A stretch of DNA of 64,000 nucleotides from Paraspadella gotoi (Eukaryota > Animalia > Chaetognatha), in assembly GCA_051294375.1 (NCBI GenBank), contig CM119265.1:16853304-16917303 (forward strand). Direction: 5' to 3'. A model generated the notes under the pieces. That model had not been told where the DNA came from. It did no database searches and was given only the letters and a program-made list of their open reading frames with translations. The position numbers were made by a program, and so were the translations under genes. Below, in pieces: positions 49,977-62,200 of the stretch. The stretch's first letter is position 1. Each line of letters starts with the position of its first letter.

Positions 49977-51910
49977 ATGAACGACGAACCGCAGATCACC
50001 AGTGAACAAACGACATCAACGAAAGTGGAAGAACTGAAGAAATGGAGAAAAGTAAACGAGAAAAAGGAAAATCTACGAACTAATTCTCAGAGAGAAAAAA
50101 GCTGAACAAAGATAGAAAAGAAAGAAGTGAAATAAAAGATCGAGAAGAGGCCGGAGAACAAAAAAAAGCGAAATTGGAAAGAACCTTGAAAGAACTGAAC
50201 CAAGATCAACGACGCTCATCATGGCCAATCAATCCAATCCAGAAAAGCGGAAGATCTTCGGGAAATGAGGCACGAACATGAAAAAGACTCGAAAACGGGT
50301 ACAGAAAAGATAAACTCCTTGTAGAAAAAATTGTGTGAATTTCGCGTGGATATAAAAACGAAATATTTAAATTTAGCCAAAAGCGAAAGCTAAGTTAAAA
50401 AATTAATTGAAGTTACAGATGGATCTAGCCGAAGGATTTCAAACAAACAAACTGAATTGATGCAAAAATGGAGCAAGGGACAAGAAATTTGTTTGGGGGG
50501 ACAAAAAACGGAGAGCACACAGAATCGATCAAGTTAACGCCGAGAAACTCAACTACTGGAAGTCGAACTAGAGAAGAAGAGAAAAGACGAGCGGAAGAAG
50601 GAAAAGGAAAGAAACGATCCTGAGACAGCACCTGAGAATGGCCGAAGGACAAAGAAAGAAAGGTCTGCTGAAAAAGGAAAGCGGAGGGACAGAAATATAC
50701 GACAAGAGAAAAAGTATGTCATTTCAAAAATTTACATCGAATCCTGGCGAGAACAGAAAAAGAAATGAACAAATGTAGACAAAAAAATCAAAAGACTCGA
50801 AAGTGAAATAAGAATCCAAATCACTAAGAAATAAGAAAAAACAATGTGAGAAAATAAAATATTTTTCGATTGTTAAATTATTTCAGAGAAAAAGTAGCTG
50901 ATTTCCGCAGAGAGCAATGGAGTGGTGCTGAAAGGTCGACAGGCACGGGCCCCAATCAGTGAAGACGCATGAGATGTTTCGCATCCTACGCCAAACTTCC
51001 ACCAAGAGCAAAATCGAAAAGTACGGTCAAGGACCAAGAAAAGAAAAAGAAGCTAGAAGCGGACTTCGAAAAACAGAAAGATTACTACGAACGATGGATT
51101 CGAAGTCAGATAATAATCAAGAAAAAATTTTCTCTGACTTTCAAAAAGAAAATGAGAAGTCATACGAAGGGAAAGAAATACCAGAATAGACCGGACACTT
51201 ATTGAGAAAACCCATGTAACAGTCAAAAAAACTTGTACGTCGAAAGTTGTGTTTTTACTGTTAAATTATAGAAAAAAATGTACTCGAACAAAATATGAAC
51301 AAAAATAAAACTTACGATGCGAGATCGAAGGATTTCGCCAAAACAAGAAAAGAAGTCGAGCCATCGGAGGACGCACCGACAGCCTAGAAGACGCAATTAG
51401 AGAGAGGAATGGCAAATCAAGATGAAATGAGTCGAATATACATACAAACTATATAGCAATGGGCTCACCTCTTGACGAAGAAATTCGAGAACGATATCGC
51501 TGAGGATAATTTCTGGAGCTGAAGGCGGACGTTGTAGAAGCGGAAGGCAAAATATTCTCAAAAACAACGAAAGACAATTATCGACGCATAAAAAATATTG
51601 AAAAAAGCTATTACGAACAAAAATTAACTGAAAAAAAAAAAAACAAAAAAAAAAAAAAAAAAAAATTGTATTGAACCGTTCACGATAGAAATGACAAATA
51701 CAACCATCGTTTAAAGTATACTGAGCAAAGAATAGCAGTGACGAACTCTGAGATCCAGAAAGAACAAGAAATCAATAATTCGAAAATTTACGAGAAAGCT
51801 AAAGAAGCTGAAACGAGGACTCGGAGCGACGAGAAAAAGAGCTTTTCCAAGAAATGCGGACCATGACGAACGAGAAACTAAAAAGCAAAAGGACACCGCT
51901 ATATCGGATA
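49977..51910 (+). CDS. retroelement accessory gene A: spliced K/E/R-rich coiled-coil protein (frameshifted)
   Basis: ATG 49977 (MNDEPQITSEQTTSTKVEELKKW...). Charged heptad-like segments (KKAKLERTLKELNQ, DQEKKKKLEADFEKQKDYYERW) are interrupted by short AT-rich GT..AG islands at 50333-50376, 50846-50886 (GTGAG..TTTCAG) and 51235-51271, and possibly 50714-~50756 and 51668-51716. Confidence 0.5.
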
Positions 51911-52021
51911 AAAGTTTTTTTTTTACCTATATACGTCAATGTTAGCTTGATTGTGTCGATAACTCGTGACATATAGATTATCGATAAATCCAATCCAGAG
52001 AAAGCTTACCCTTCTTACAAC

Positions 52022-52680
52022 ATGTCGACAACCATCGAAATCCGGGTCAACGCGGCCCGTCGACGGAGCCCACCGTCACCATCTCCGTCGCGCCGAGAAC
52101 GCCGCCACCACCATCACGCGGCGCCCGCCCCAACGTCAACGCGGCCGCCCGCCGCCAACGTCAAAACGCGGCGCCCCCGGCCAACGTCAACGCGGCGCCG
52201 CGCCACGTCAACGCGGCGCCCGCCGCCTCGGCAACGCGGCTTCCCGCTGCAACGCTGCGTTCAGCAGCCCGGTCCCGGTCGCCACGCACAAACGCGGCCA
52301 CTGCCGCGAATGCTGCACCGCAGCATCAACGCCCCGTTCGCCACGGCCACGGAGGGGACGTCGCCGCCCCCGCCACCAGACGCCGCGCCCAATACCGGAA
52401 CGGACGGGACCATCCCCGTCTCATCGTTCGATTCACTACGACGACGACAGACGACGACGAAGAACGACGACGAAAGAGGATGCGCGGAGCGCCCAAGGTC
52501 GCCCGACGAGCTGGAGGCCCACGACAGCGAGGAGGAGGAGTTGACTAACCTCCCGGACCACCGACTCTCAGCCGTATCCGAGAGGACTACGAAGAAAGCT
52601 TCGGACGAGGCCTGATCCCGACCGCCTTTGGGCAGACATTTCCGCCGATCGAAGAGGCGAGGGAGAAAATAGAGAGACGA
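52022..52680 (+). CDS. retroelement accessory gene B: Ala/Pro/Asn repeat protein with acidic tail
   Basis: Acceptor-like atccag at 51993-51998, then ATG 52022 (MSTTIEIRVNAA). A ~24-bp repeat gccaacgtcaacgcggcgcccgcc (ANVNAAPA) spans 52105-52260, followed by SPDELEAHDSEEEELTNLPD. Confidence 0.5.
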
Positions 52681-52813
52681 GGAGACGACGAACATTGTTT
52701 TATTATTATTATCATTCGTTTCGTTTTTTTTTTTGTATATACTCCTCTCGTCCTTTAAACATTTTAGCATATTCGTATTCAATTCGCTCACTTACCAAAA
52801 ACATTAAAAACAT

Positions 52814-53200
52814 ATGCGAAACGAAGAACCAGTCGAGAAGTCCGACAAAGGAGGAGACAGAAGACATGCGCCAATGAGAGAAGAAGCGGAGATAGGACGA
52901 CCATGCAGCCCATATTGAATGAAGGTCCAGTCATTTACGTGCAACAATTAAGGTCCGAGGAAAGCAGGAATCGTCAAGGGTTGGCGCCTATTACGGCGAC
53001 GGTAGCTGGCGAAAATCAGGAAGTCGCGGACAGATTGGAGAGGATGCGAACGCACGGATTGGGGAGCGCAGTTATTCGACAACTCGAGGCCGAAGTGAAA
53101 GAAAGGAAGCGGCATAGGGAGGAGGAGAAAACGCTTTCGACAGGACTTGACACTTGTTTACGGAAAAATAAAGAAGAAATCATTCAGTTTAAATTGCGTA
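52814..53200 (+). CDS. retroelement accessory block C (small helical protein, or a further exon of B)
   Basis: Follows an AT-rich spacer ending ATTTTAG (52767). ATG at 52814 or 52903; reads QPILNEGPVIYVQQLRSEE...VADRLERMRTHGLGSAVIRQLEAEVKERKR. Confidence 0.45.
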
Positions 53201-53289
53201 TACAATTGTCATCAAATAAATTGACTATTCACGAATTGATTTATCGTATGTATTTTAATCTTCCTACAGGGACATAAATTAAAATCAAA

Positions 53290-54636
53290 ATGCCGACTGA
53301 ATAACATTCAAATAGTTAACTAACCCTCAAAGCAAAATAAAAAAATGGAGACGTCAATCGGGCTCAACCCAACGACTACAGCTACTGGATGGCGACGAAG
53401 GTAGCGATGGTGGGAACCCGACAGAAAGAAGAGAAAGAACAATTTACGGCGCCGCTTTCCATCGCACGAACTTGGCGAAACAGCTTGGAGACGATTCGCG
53501 TGAAGCTCGACGTCAGTAAATTGACGAGATCTTCGTTGCCGTACGCCGCCGAACAAATGTGAACCGAACCGGAAAGATGGGATTTACGGCACAGTTTTAA
53601 AACGACGTGTAGCGCCACCTCACCGTCGAGCCGCTAAACGACTTCAGCGTGCCGCATCGGTCGTCGGATCGTAGCGACGAAAAATATTCATGCCATTTCG
53701 TGGCGCGAAAGGAAAAGAAGACCTATGATCTACAGAGATCAAAAAGGGATGAGACGCGCAGCCAGAACCACGAGCGGACGATAGACTTCGAGGTAACCTC
53801 ATCGAGATGATCCAGAGTCGGCGCCGATAAAGAATTACTAGAGAAAAAAGCGAGAATGTGTTAGGGCCGACGGTGAACGAAAACAGCGCCGACGACTGTC
53901 AACTAACGACAAAGAAAAAGCCAACGTCCATGCCGCAACAACGACGACAACGACGCTCAACGACGTCGACACGGATTGTAGTATTCGACGACGCAAATTC
54001 GGTCGGTAAATACGCGAGAGACGAAAACTAGCAACGACGCGACAAACGGAGGAATGCTTGATTAAAGAAATGAATGAAAGACAACGCACAGGCGCCAAGA
54101 AGACGGCAAACGCGTCGACGCAGATCGAAGGTAGACGGGAGAGAATGGAGATGATGGAAGTTGATGAAAGAGGAAGACACAAGAAATAACGAAAGGGGGA
54201 GTGCGAGAAAGGCGGAACTGAGGAACAGATCGAGGAATTGAAAGAAAATTTAAAGAAAGATAACAGAAAAAGAATCGAATGCAGACAAGCGGAAATAGTG
54301 AGGACGGAGCGGAGAAAAAACGAGCAATACGGAGATGCTTTGCGCCAAGCCTCGGGAAACTTCAGGACAGATAGAGGAACTTTTCATGCCCTACCCGAGA
54401 ACGCCGTCACAGAGAGAAAGCCCACTACTGTTCAACGTTTTCGACCACCGCCAGGAAAAGAGTCGCTGACGAAATCGCCGCCACGCACAAAAACGCGCCG
54501 TTCAAAGAAGCAGAAAAATACCGTGGCTGCAAACCAGTAGCATCTCCGCGCCTCGCCGCCTTCACCGCCACCACCGCCGCCAGACGGAAAAATATCCCAA
54601 GTTTGGCCAAAACTCAACTCGAAAAAGAAGATATAG
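53290..54636 (+). CDS. retroelement accessory gene D: globular N-terminus, coiled coil and Pro-rich tail (frameshifted)
   Basis: Acceptor cctacag (53269), then ATG 53290. Reads NDYSYWMATKVAMVGTRQKEEKEQFTAPLSIARTWRNSLETIRVKLDVSKLTR ... TEEQIEELKENLKKDNRKR ... SPPSPPPPPPDGKISQVWPKLNSKKKI*, with AATAAA at 54671. Confidence 0.45.
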
Positions 54637-54882
54637 ATTCAAAAACGAACATTTGAAACCAATTACAATGAATAAAAACTCTGTAAAAGAAAACGTGTCG
54701 CTTCATGTTATGTTATTATTAATTGACGAGGGCCACGGTTGAGCGTGACGAGCCGAAACGTTCGACGGTGCGAATCGGATGATTGGATTGCATTGTTTAT
54801 TGAAATGCTGGCATTTGTCATTAATTGCGATCAATTTACTTTAAAACAGTGACTGAAAAAACAAACAAAAAATAATTTTTAG

Positions 54883-55600
54883 TGCAAAAAAGGGGGAGGA
54901 ATTGCCCGATAAAGGAACTTAAATGGTCGGTTTCGAACTGCACACAAGCACCGTTATGCACACCAACACGCACACAGACATGGTTTCCAGCCAAGCTCGA
55001 CACCGAAGGCCGCAAAGAGACGATGTCAAAGACCGAAAGAGATGACGAAAGACTCAACGCGTGATATGCCGATGCCACAAGACCCGAATCGGCGATACTC
55101 ACGAAAGGCCTTCACACAAAGACGTCTCGGCGGAAGTCCCAGCGTCGTCAGGAGACGATGCCGGGCTGCCGCCGCGAAGGACGAGACGCTCGAATGTGAT
55201 CCGAAGGGGATACGCAGAGTGCCGATCCAAGAAAACGGACATCACGACATTGTGCACGAGGGCGCGTCAAGGTGACGAAGCCGAGCGACCCGTCAACGGG
55301 ATGCGAAAGGACGGCGACGGCCGAAGAGGACAACGCGAGCCGACGCGTCTTACCTGCGCAACAGGCACGACGTGGAGACCTGAACGCTGACGCGAAGGGG
55401 AAGTGAACGAGGATCGAAAAAGCAGATCGGCGGACGGGAATGACCGGAAACGGGGAGGGAGACGCGGATTTGTCCACCTGGTCGTTCATGAACAGACAAT
55501 CGCAGACTTTACAATTGCCGACGGCGAACGAGCTGGCTCCCGGTGTGTGTCTATTCGGTCGTTATGTCGAAGGGTCGACCGGGGGAGTGTTGCCGAATAG
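54883..55600 (+). CDS. retroelement accessory block E (unassigned, frameshifted)
   Basis: GC-richer, coding-like block after the acceptor TTTTTAG (54882), running into the PPT. Several overlapping open frames; no confident domain. Confidence 0.3.
55581..55597 (+). other. polypurine tract and 3' LTR start
   Basis: gggggag|tgttgccgaa. The LTR would begin at 55588. Confidence 0.7.
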
Positions 55601-56084
55601 TCGCTAATCGTTGTACGTGACGCGTTTTGTACTTAGTTACCATGTTAACACGCGTATCTAGGCAGTTAGAATTGGCGAGTAGACTTTTAGAAGAGAAGCG
55701 CGGAGCCGGCGGGATTAATTTTCAACAAAATAGCGGTTTCATGAAAACGTCATTGCTCACTTGCCAGATTAGTAAGTATTTAATTGAATGAAGATTAAAT
55801 AATTAGTCATTTATTGACATCAATTGACACTGTTAAAGGTTTTGAAACACTTCACAATACATTTATATCTTCTGACACTGGCATTGACTTATTGACAGAC
55901 AGTAAAATCAGGTCTCAAAAAGTAGCGTTTATTTACGTTGTATATATATTTTATATATAGTTATTAGTCATAAAGTATAAAAAAATTATTGATAAGAAAT
56001 TACTGCCCAGCGGAAACACATTTGTTATTGAATCCTTCCTACGCCCTACAAGTTCTAAATATTACCCTTTCATCCTTACTTTCT

Positions 56085-56123
<39 letters not shown>

Positions 56124-56330
56124 TTCTCTCACCATCCCTTACTTAACCCCCCACCCTTGTTTCGTTGCCTCCAGTTTTTCTCGACCGAAAGCCAAATAAA
56201 GAACATGTCAAAGTGAAACTTTCGCTCTCTCGATTTAAAGGAGTTCACGACAAGAAAAAGAGAGATGAGAAGGGGTAATCCGCGGAAGGTTTACAGAGTT
56301 TATTCTCTCTCTCTCTCACCTCTCGCTCTC

Positions 56331-56369
<39 letters not shown>

Positions 56370-56880
56370 AACTACTAAGAAAATAGAATAAATTTGAAAA
56401 TGCAGAGAAAATCCGGCAACGAAAAAACAAAAAAAAAAAAAAGAAAGAAAGGAAAGAAAGAAGTATATTGTGGCGTGGCGACATTGCGCTGGCCATATTC
56501 GTATCAAAGAGTCGACTAGTCCTCTCTCTCTCTCTTCTTTCTCTCTCTCTCTCTCACTGTAAAGTAAAAAAACGGTGAATATCGGAAAGCCTCTGAGAGG
56601 GAAAGAAGAGAGAGAAAGAGAGAGAGAGAGAGAGAGGAAGAGAGAGAGAGAGAGAGAGAGATTCCAATCGACGTCACAACGTCGAACGTCGTTGAGTCCC
56701 CCCCCTCTCCCCTTTTCAGTGGCTCTGTGGGAGTGAAACCCCAATTTATTTACCATCTCAGCGACATAAAAACCCGAAAAGCACTAAAGCCGCAATTACG
56801 CGAAGCGCAAAATGTTAAATGCATCATATAAGTACGAAAAGAGGATGAAGAGAGAGAGAGGACCGAGAGAGAGAGAGAAT

Positions 56881-56924
<44 letters not shown>

Positions 56925-56996
56925 GACGAGAATATTTTCAAACGGAAATTGGTGTGCGTCTGTGTGTGTATATAGACGAGACGCCGTGTCGACTCT

Positions 56997-57040
<44 letters not shown>

Positions 57041-57635
57041 GTATGCTGTACTATCGCCTTGACACTTCCCCCCTCCACTCTCCGACACCGCTCCTCCCCC
57101 TTATCCGTCTTCGCTCGCGTTCACTTTGCGTTATAAAACACGTATTTATTGCGAGCAAAACCAAATAGGAGTCCCTGACATCAGAAATAGGACAGAAGAA
57201 AAACGTAGGGAAGGCGGGCGGTAGAAGGCGTGAAAATTTTTTTAAAAGGGGGGGGGGGGGGCCCCCGTGTGCGAGAGAGAAAGAATGAAGGTAGGGAATG
57301 TAAAAGGCGGATATTAAGGCATACACGACGACTACTTGGGTTTTTAATCTGCAAGACGCGAAGAAAATATTTTTCCTACTTTTGTCCATTTTCCCCGCCT
57401 TTCTCTCGCTCTCATCTCTCCCGGAGATCCCACTTTTTCTCTCCCTCTCCTCTTTTGCATTGGGAGTCTGCAGTTTTACTACCAAAGGCTCATAAAAAGC
57501 GGAGACATGCAATACTAAGTACATAGACAAGACCGCGGCTGCCGCTCCTGCGGCGCTGACGCCGCTGCGATACTTGAACAGGACCCATTCGTCGCTTCAT
57601 TGGAGAGATAGCGGAGATGAGAGAAGAGAGAGATG

Positions 57636-57685
<50 letters not shown>

Positions 57686-58504
57686 GGAGTTGCATTTTTT
57701 CAACTAATACAACAAATCGTAAAATATGATTTACGGAGGAGATATACGCGGAAATTAATTTCATCTAAAGAATCGGGGAAAAATAGAAAGCGCCAATGAG
57801 CCGTCGGCGTCGTTATTGTTTTTAAATCTCATCTGCATATCGCAGTCTTTACCACTTCTCAGTTTTTTTTATTTTTGCTGAACAATGCGCGCAGAGACAA
57901 GGAGCCAAATTTTGTCTTCGATTTTAATTTGTGCTTTCGTACGTAAACGTAAACGAAGAAATATTATTAAACGTATTTATGCTATGTACTAATAAATAGC
58001 CCAATTAGTATTTTCAAGCGACTTTATATGCTTAATGCTCGTTTATTACATAAAACTAAAGAAAAAGCAAAAAATTCGTGCTTTTTTTGTTTTTGCTTTC
58101 TTTCCTTTCTTTCGTATATAGTTGGAAGTGAGTTTTATAGGCGGAGCGGCGTGACCTCAGATTGCAGATTTTTAAAAAAAATTTTAAAAGATTTTTTTTC
58201 CCTCTTAATATTTTTATTCCGCCTTTCTATTCTTTGCAAAAGAATAAGAAAAAAATTTGACAATCTGGGCGATTAATACTTTTATTTTTTGCCGTAAGAA
58301 TGTTAGTTGACAATGATCGGTTTGCACAACTATTACATTCGGCAATAATTTCATACCTCAAAACGTAACTGTCAATTAAACAAATTTCACGATTATTGCA
58401 TTTCTGCTTCGCCAGTTTTCCTAACAATCAACTCAAAAATAACATAACTTGAAGAAGATATCTCACCCCGAGGACTGAANNNNNNNNNNNNNNNNNNNNN
58501 NNNN

Positions 58505-59260
58505 TTATACGGTTTTAAGAACTCGTACCCAGGCTTACGGCATGGCTGTGCCGACCCAAACGGCCACCCAACCTGACCGAGTCTCAATACGAAATCGAAA
58601 GACACTCCAAAAGCTTCAAAAGATGAAATAGGTCACCGAGAGCATCGCCGAAAAAGGGAATAAACATGGACGTTCGGACAGAGGACGGAAAATCGCCAAA
58701 TGCTCCGCACTGGAGGATCGTGGAACGAATGGTCAAAGAAACGAAGAAGCCATCTCACAGCAGCTTTTGCCGCAAGAAACTAACGTCGAACGTTGCGACC
58801 CTCGTTGAGCCGAAGTGCAGGTATATTGATAGCAGACGTCCGAATAACTCGAATCATCAGAGTCTTAAAAAGCGAAATAGCAGATCCCAATGAACATTTA
58901 TATCCTTATCTTTACTCGTCCAACGTCATTAACCATATACCTTACGCAAGCATCAGAAGGGGACTGTATGAAGCCTCTTGGAGACAAGTGGGAGATCGCC
59001 GACGCTTTCTGGAAAAGAGGTTAACTGAGTATTTAATATCACTCCAGGAAAACGCACGAAGTGGAGACGCGACGGAGAAGTTGAAGGAAGGGCAAGTCGT
59101 CCTCTCTCTCGAGCCAAAGCACACGTTGTATCAATGGAGAATCGGACGAGTGATCGAACTGAGGGGACGGACCGAACCAAGAGAGAAGCAGCTCGTTCGC
59201 CTGCGCCGAACGGAAAGACGTTTCGTCGCCATCACAACGCGTTGGTCCCAGTTGGAATAA
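58505..59260 (+). CDS. BEL/Pao integrase / DUF5641-type domain (duplicate copy)
   Basis: Identical translation to 49076-49831. Confidence 0.85.
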
Positions 59261-62200
59261 CCAATGAGGAAAAACTTGTTAATGAAAACTTCAAACAGCG
59301 AAAAATCAATTAAATTTGGACGAAATCTATTGAATAATATTGTTGAACCGACACCATTTGTTTAAGATAAATGTTATAATTTAACAAGATATAGCTTAAT
59401 TCGCCATGAACGACGAACCGCAGATCACCAGTGAACAAACGACATCAACGAAAGTGGAAGAACTGAAGAAATGGAGAAAAGTAAACGAGAAAAAGGAAAA
59501 TCTACGAACTAATTCTCAGAGAGAAAAAAGCTGAACAAAGATAGAAAAGAAAGAAGTGAAATAAAAGATCGAGAAGAGGCCGGAGAACAAAAAAAAGCGA
59601 AATTGGAAAGAACCTTGAAAGAACTGAACCAAGATCAACGACGCTCATCATGGCCAATCAATCCAATCCAGAAAAGCGGAAGATCTTCGGGAAATGAGGC
59701 ACGAACATGAAAAAGACTCGAAAACGGGTACAGAAAAGATAAACTCCTTGTAGAAAAAATTGTGTGAATTTCGCGTGGATATAAAAACGAAATATTTAAA
59801 TTTAGCCAAAAGCGAAAGCTAAGTTAAAAAATTAATTGAAGTTACAGATGGATCTAGCCGAAGGATTTCAAACAAACAAACTGAATTGATGCAAAAATGG
59901 AGCAAGGGACAAGAAATTTGTTTGGGGGGACAAAAAACGGAGAGCACACAGAATCGATCAAGTTAACGCCGAGAAACTCAACTACTGGAAGTCGAACTAG
60001 AGAAGAAGAGAAAAGACGAGCGGAAGAAGGAAAAGGAAAGAAACGATCCTGAGACAGCACCTGAGAATGGCCGAAGGACAAAGAAAGAAAGGTCTGCTGA
60101 AAAAGGAAAGCGGAGGGACAGAAATATACGACAAGAGAAAAAGTATGTCATTTCAAAAATTTACATCGAATCCTGGCGAGAACAGAAAAAGAAATGAACA
60201 AATGTAGACAAAAAAATCAAAAGACTCGAAAGTGAAATAAGAATCCAAATCACTAAGAAATAAGAAAAAACAATGTGAGAAAATAAAATATTTTTCGATT
60301 GTTAAATTATTTCAGAGAAAAAGTAGCTGATTTCCGCAGAGAGCAATGGAGTGGTGCTGAAAGGTCGACAGGCACGGGCCCCAATCAGTGAAGACGCATG
60401 AGATGTTTCGCATCCTACGCCAAACTTCCACCAAGAGCAAAATCGAAAAGTACGGTCAAGGACCAAGAAAAGAAAAAGAAGCTAGAAGCGGACTTCGAAA
60501 AACAGAAAGATTACTACGAACGATGGATTCGAAGTCAGATAATAATCAAGAAAAAATTTTCTCTGACTTTCAAAAAGAAAATGAGAAGTCATACGAAGGG
60601 AAAGAAATACCAGAATAGACCGGACACTTATTGAGAAAACCCATGTAACAGTCAAAAAAACTTGTACGTCGAAAGTTGTGTTTTTACTGTTAAATTATAG
60701 AAAAAAATGTACTCGAACAAAATATGAACAAAAATAAAACTTACGATGCGAGATCGAAGGATTTCGCCAAAACAAGAAAAGAAGTCGAGCCATCGGAGGA
60801 CGCACCGACAGCCTAGAAGACGCAATTAGAGAGAGGAATGGCAAATCAAGATGAAATGAGTCGAATATACATACAAACTATATAGCAATGGGCTCACCTC
60901 TTGACGAAGAAATTCGAGAACGATATCGCTGAGGATAATTTCTGGAGCTGAAGGCGGACGTTGTAGAAGCGGAAGGCAAAATATTCTCAAAAACAACGAA
61001 AGACAATTATCGACGCATAAAAAATATTGAAAAAAGCTATTACGAACAAAAATTAACTGAAAAAAAAAAAAACAAAAAAAAAAAAAAAAAAAAATTGTAT
61101 TGAACCGTTCACGATAGAAATGACAAATACAACCATCGTTTAAAGTATACTGAGCAAAGAATAGCAGTGACGAACTCTGAGATCCAGAAAGAACAAGAAA
61201 TCAATAATTCGAAAATTTACGAGAAAGCTAAAGAAGCTGAAACGAGGACTCGGAGCGACGAGAAAAAGAGCTTTTCCAAGAAATGCGGACCATGACGAAC
61301 GAGAAACTAAAAAGCAAAAGGACACCGCTATATCGGATAAAAGTTTTTTTTTTACCTATATACGTCAATGTTAGCTTGATTGTGTCGATAACTCGTGACA
61401 TATAGATTATCGATAAATCCAATCCAGAGAAAGCTTACCCTTCTTACAACATGTCGACAACCATCGAAATCCGGGTCAACGCGGCCCGTCGACGGAGCCC
61501 ACCGTCACCATCTCCGTCGCGCCGAGAACGCCGCCACCACCATCACGCGGCGCCCGCCCCAACGTCAACGCGGCCGCCCGCCGCCAACGTCAAAACGCGG
61601 CGCCCCCGGCCAACGTCAACGCGGCGCCGCGCCACGTCAACGCGGCGCCCGCCGCCTCGGCAACGCGGCTTCCCGCTGCAACGCTGCGTTCAGCAGCCCG
61701 GTCCCGGTCGCCACGCACAAACGCGGCCACTGCCGCGAATGCTGCACCGCAGCATCAACGCCCCGTTCGCCACGGCCACGGAGGGGACGTCGCCGCCCCC
61801 GCCACCAGACGCCGCGCCCAATACCGGAACGGACGGGACCATCCCCGTCTCATCGTTCGATTCACTACGACGACGACAGACGACGACGAAGAACGACGAC
61901 GAAAGAGGATGCGCGGAGCGCCCAAGGTCGCCCGACGAGCTGGAGGCCCACGACAGCGAGGAGGAGGAGTTGACTAACCTCCCGGACCACCGACTCTCAG
62001 CCGTATCCGAGAGGACTACGAAGAAAGCTTCGGACGAGGCCTGATCCCGACCGCCTTTGGGCAGACATTTCCGCCGATCGAAGAGGCGAGGGAGAAAATA
62101 GAGAGACGAGGAGACGACGAACATTGTTTTATTATTATTATCATTCGTTTCGTTTTTTTTTTTGTATATACTCCTCTCGTCCTTTAAACATTTTAGCATA

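Larger units (their letters stand above)
49076..55730 (+). mobile_element. BEL/Pao LTR retrotransposon, 3' half (5' part lost in the gap)
   Basis: Integrase motifs at the left end. Polypurine tract GGGGGAG (55581-55587) is immediately followed by TGTT, the typical BEL/Pao 3' LTR start. The right boundary of the LTR is uncertain. Confidence 0.8.

Noticed and set aside
54883-55580. Phlebovirus-like env or SGNH hydrolase in the last BEL block
   Set aside because: No hydrophobic anchor or Cys pattern for env, and only a vague D..LN resemblance for SGNH. Too weak in frameshifted sequence.
58338-58347. ttcggcaata as the inverted end of the LTR starting tgttgccgaa
   Set aside because: It does not end in CA and would imply a 2.7 kb LTR full of host-like microsatellites; probably chance.
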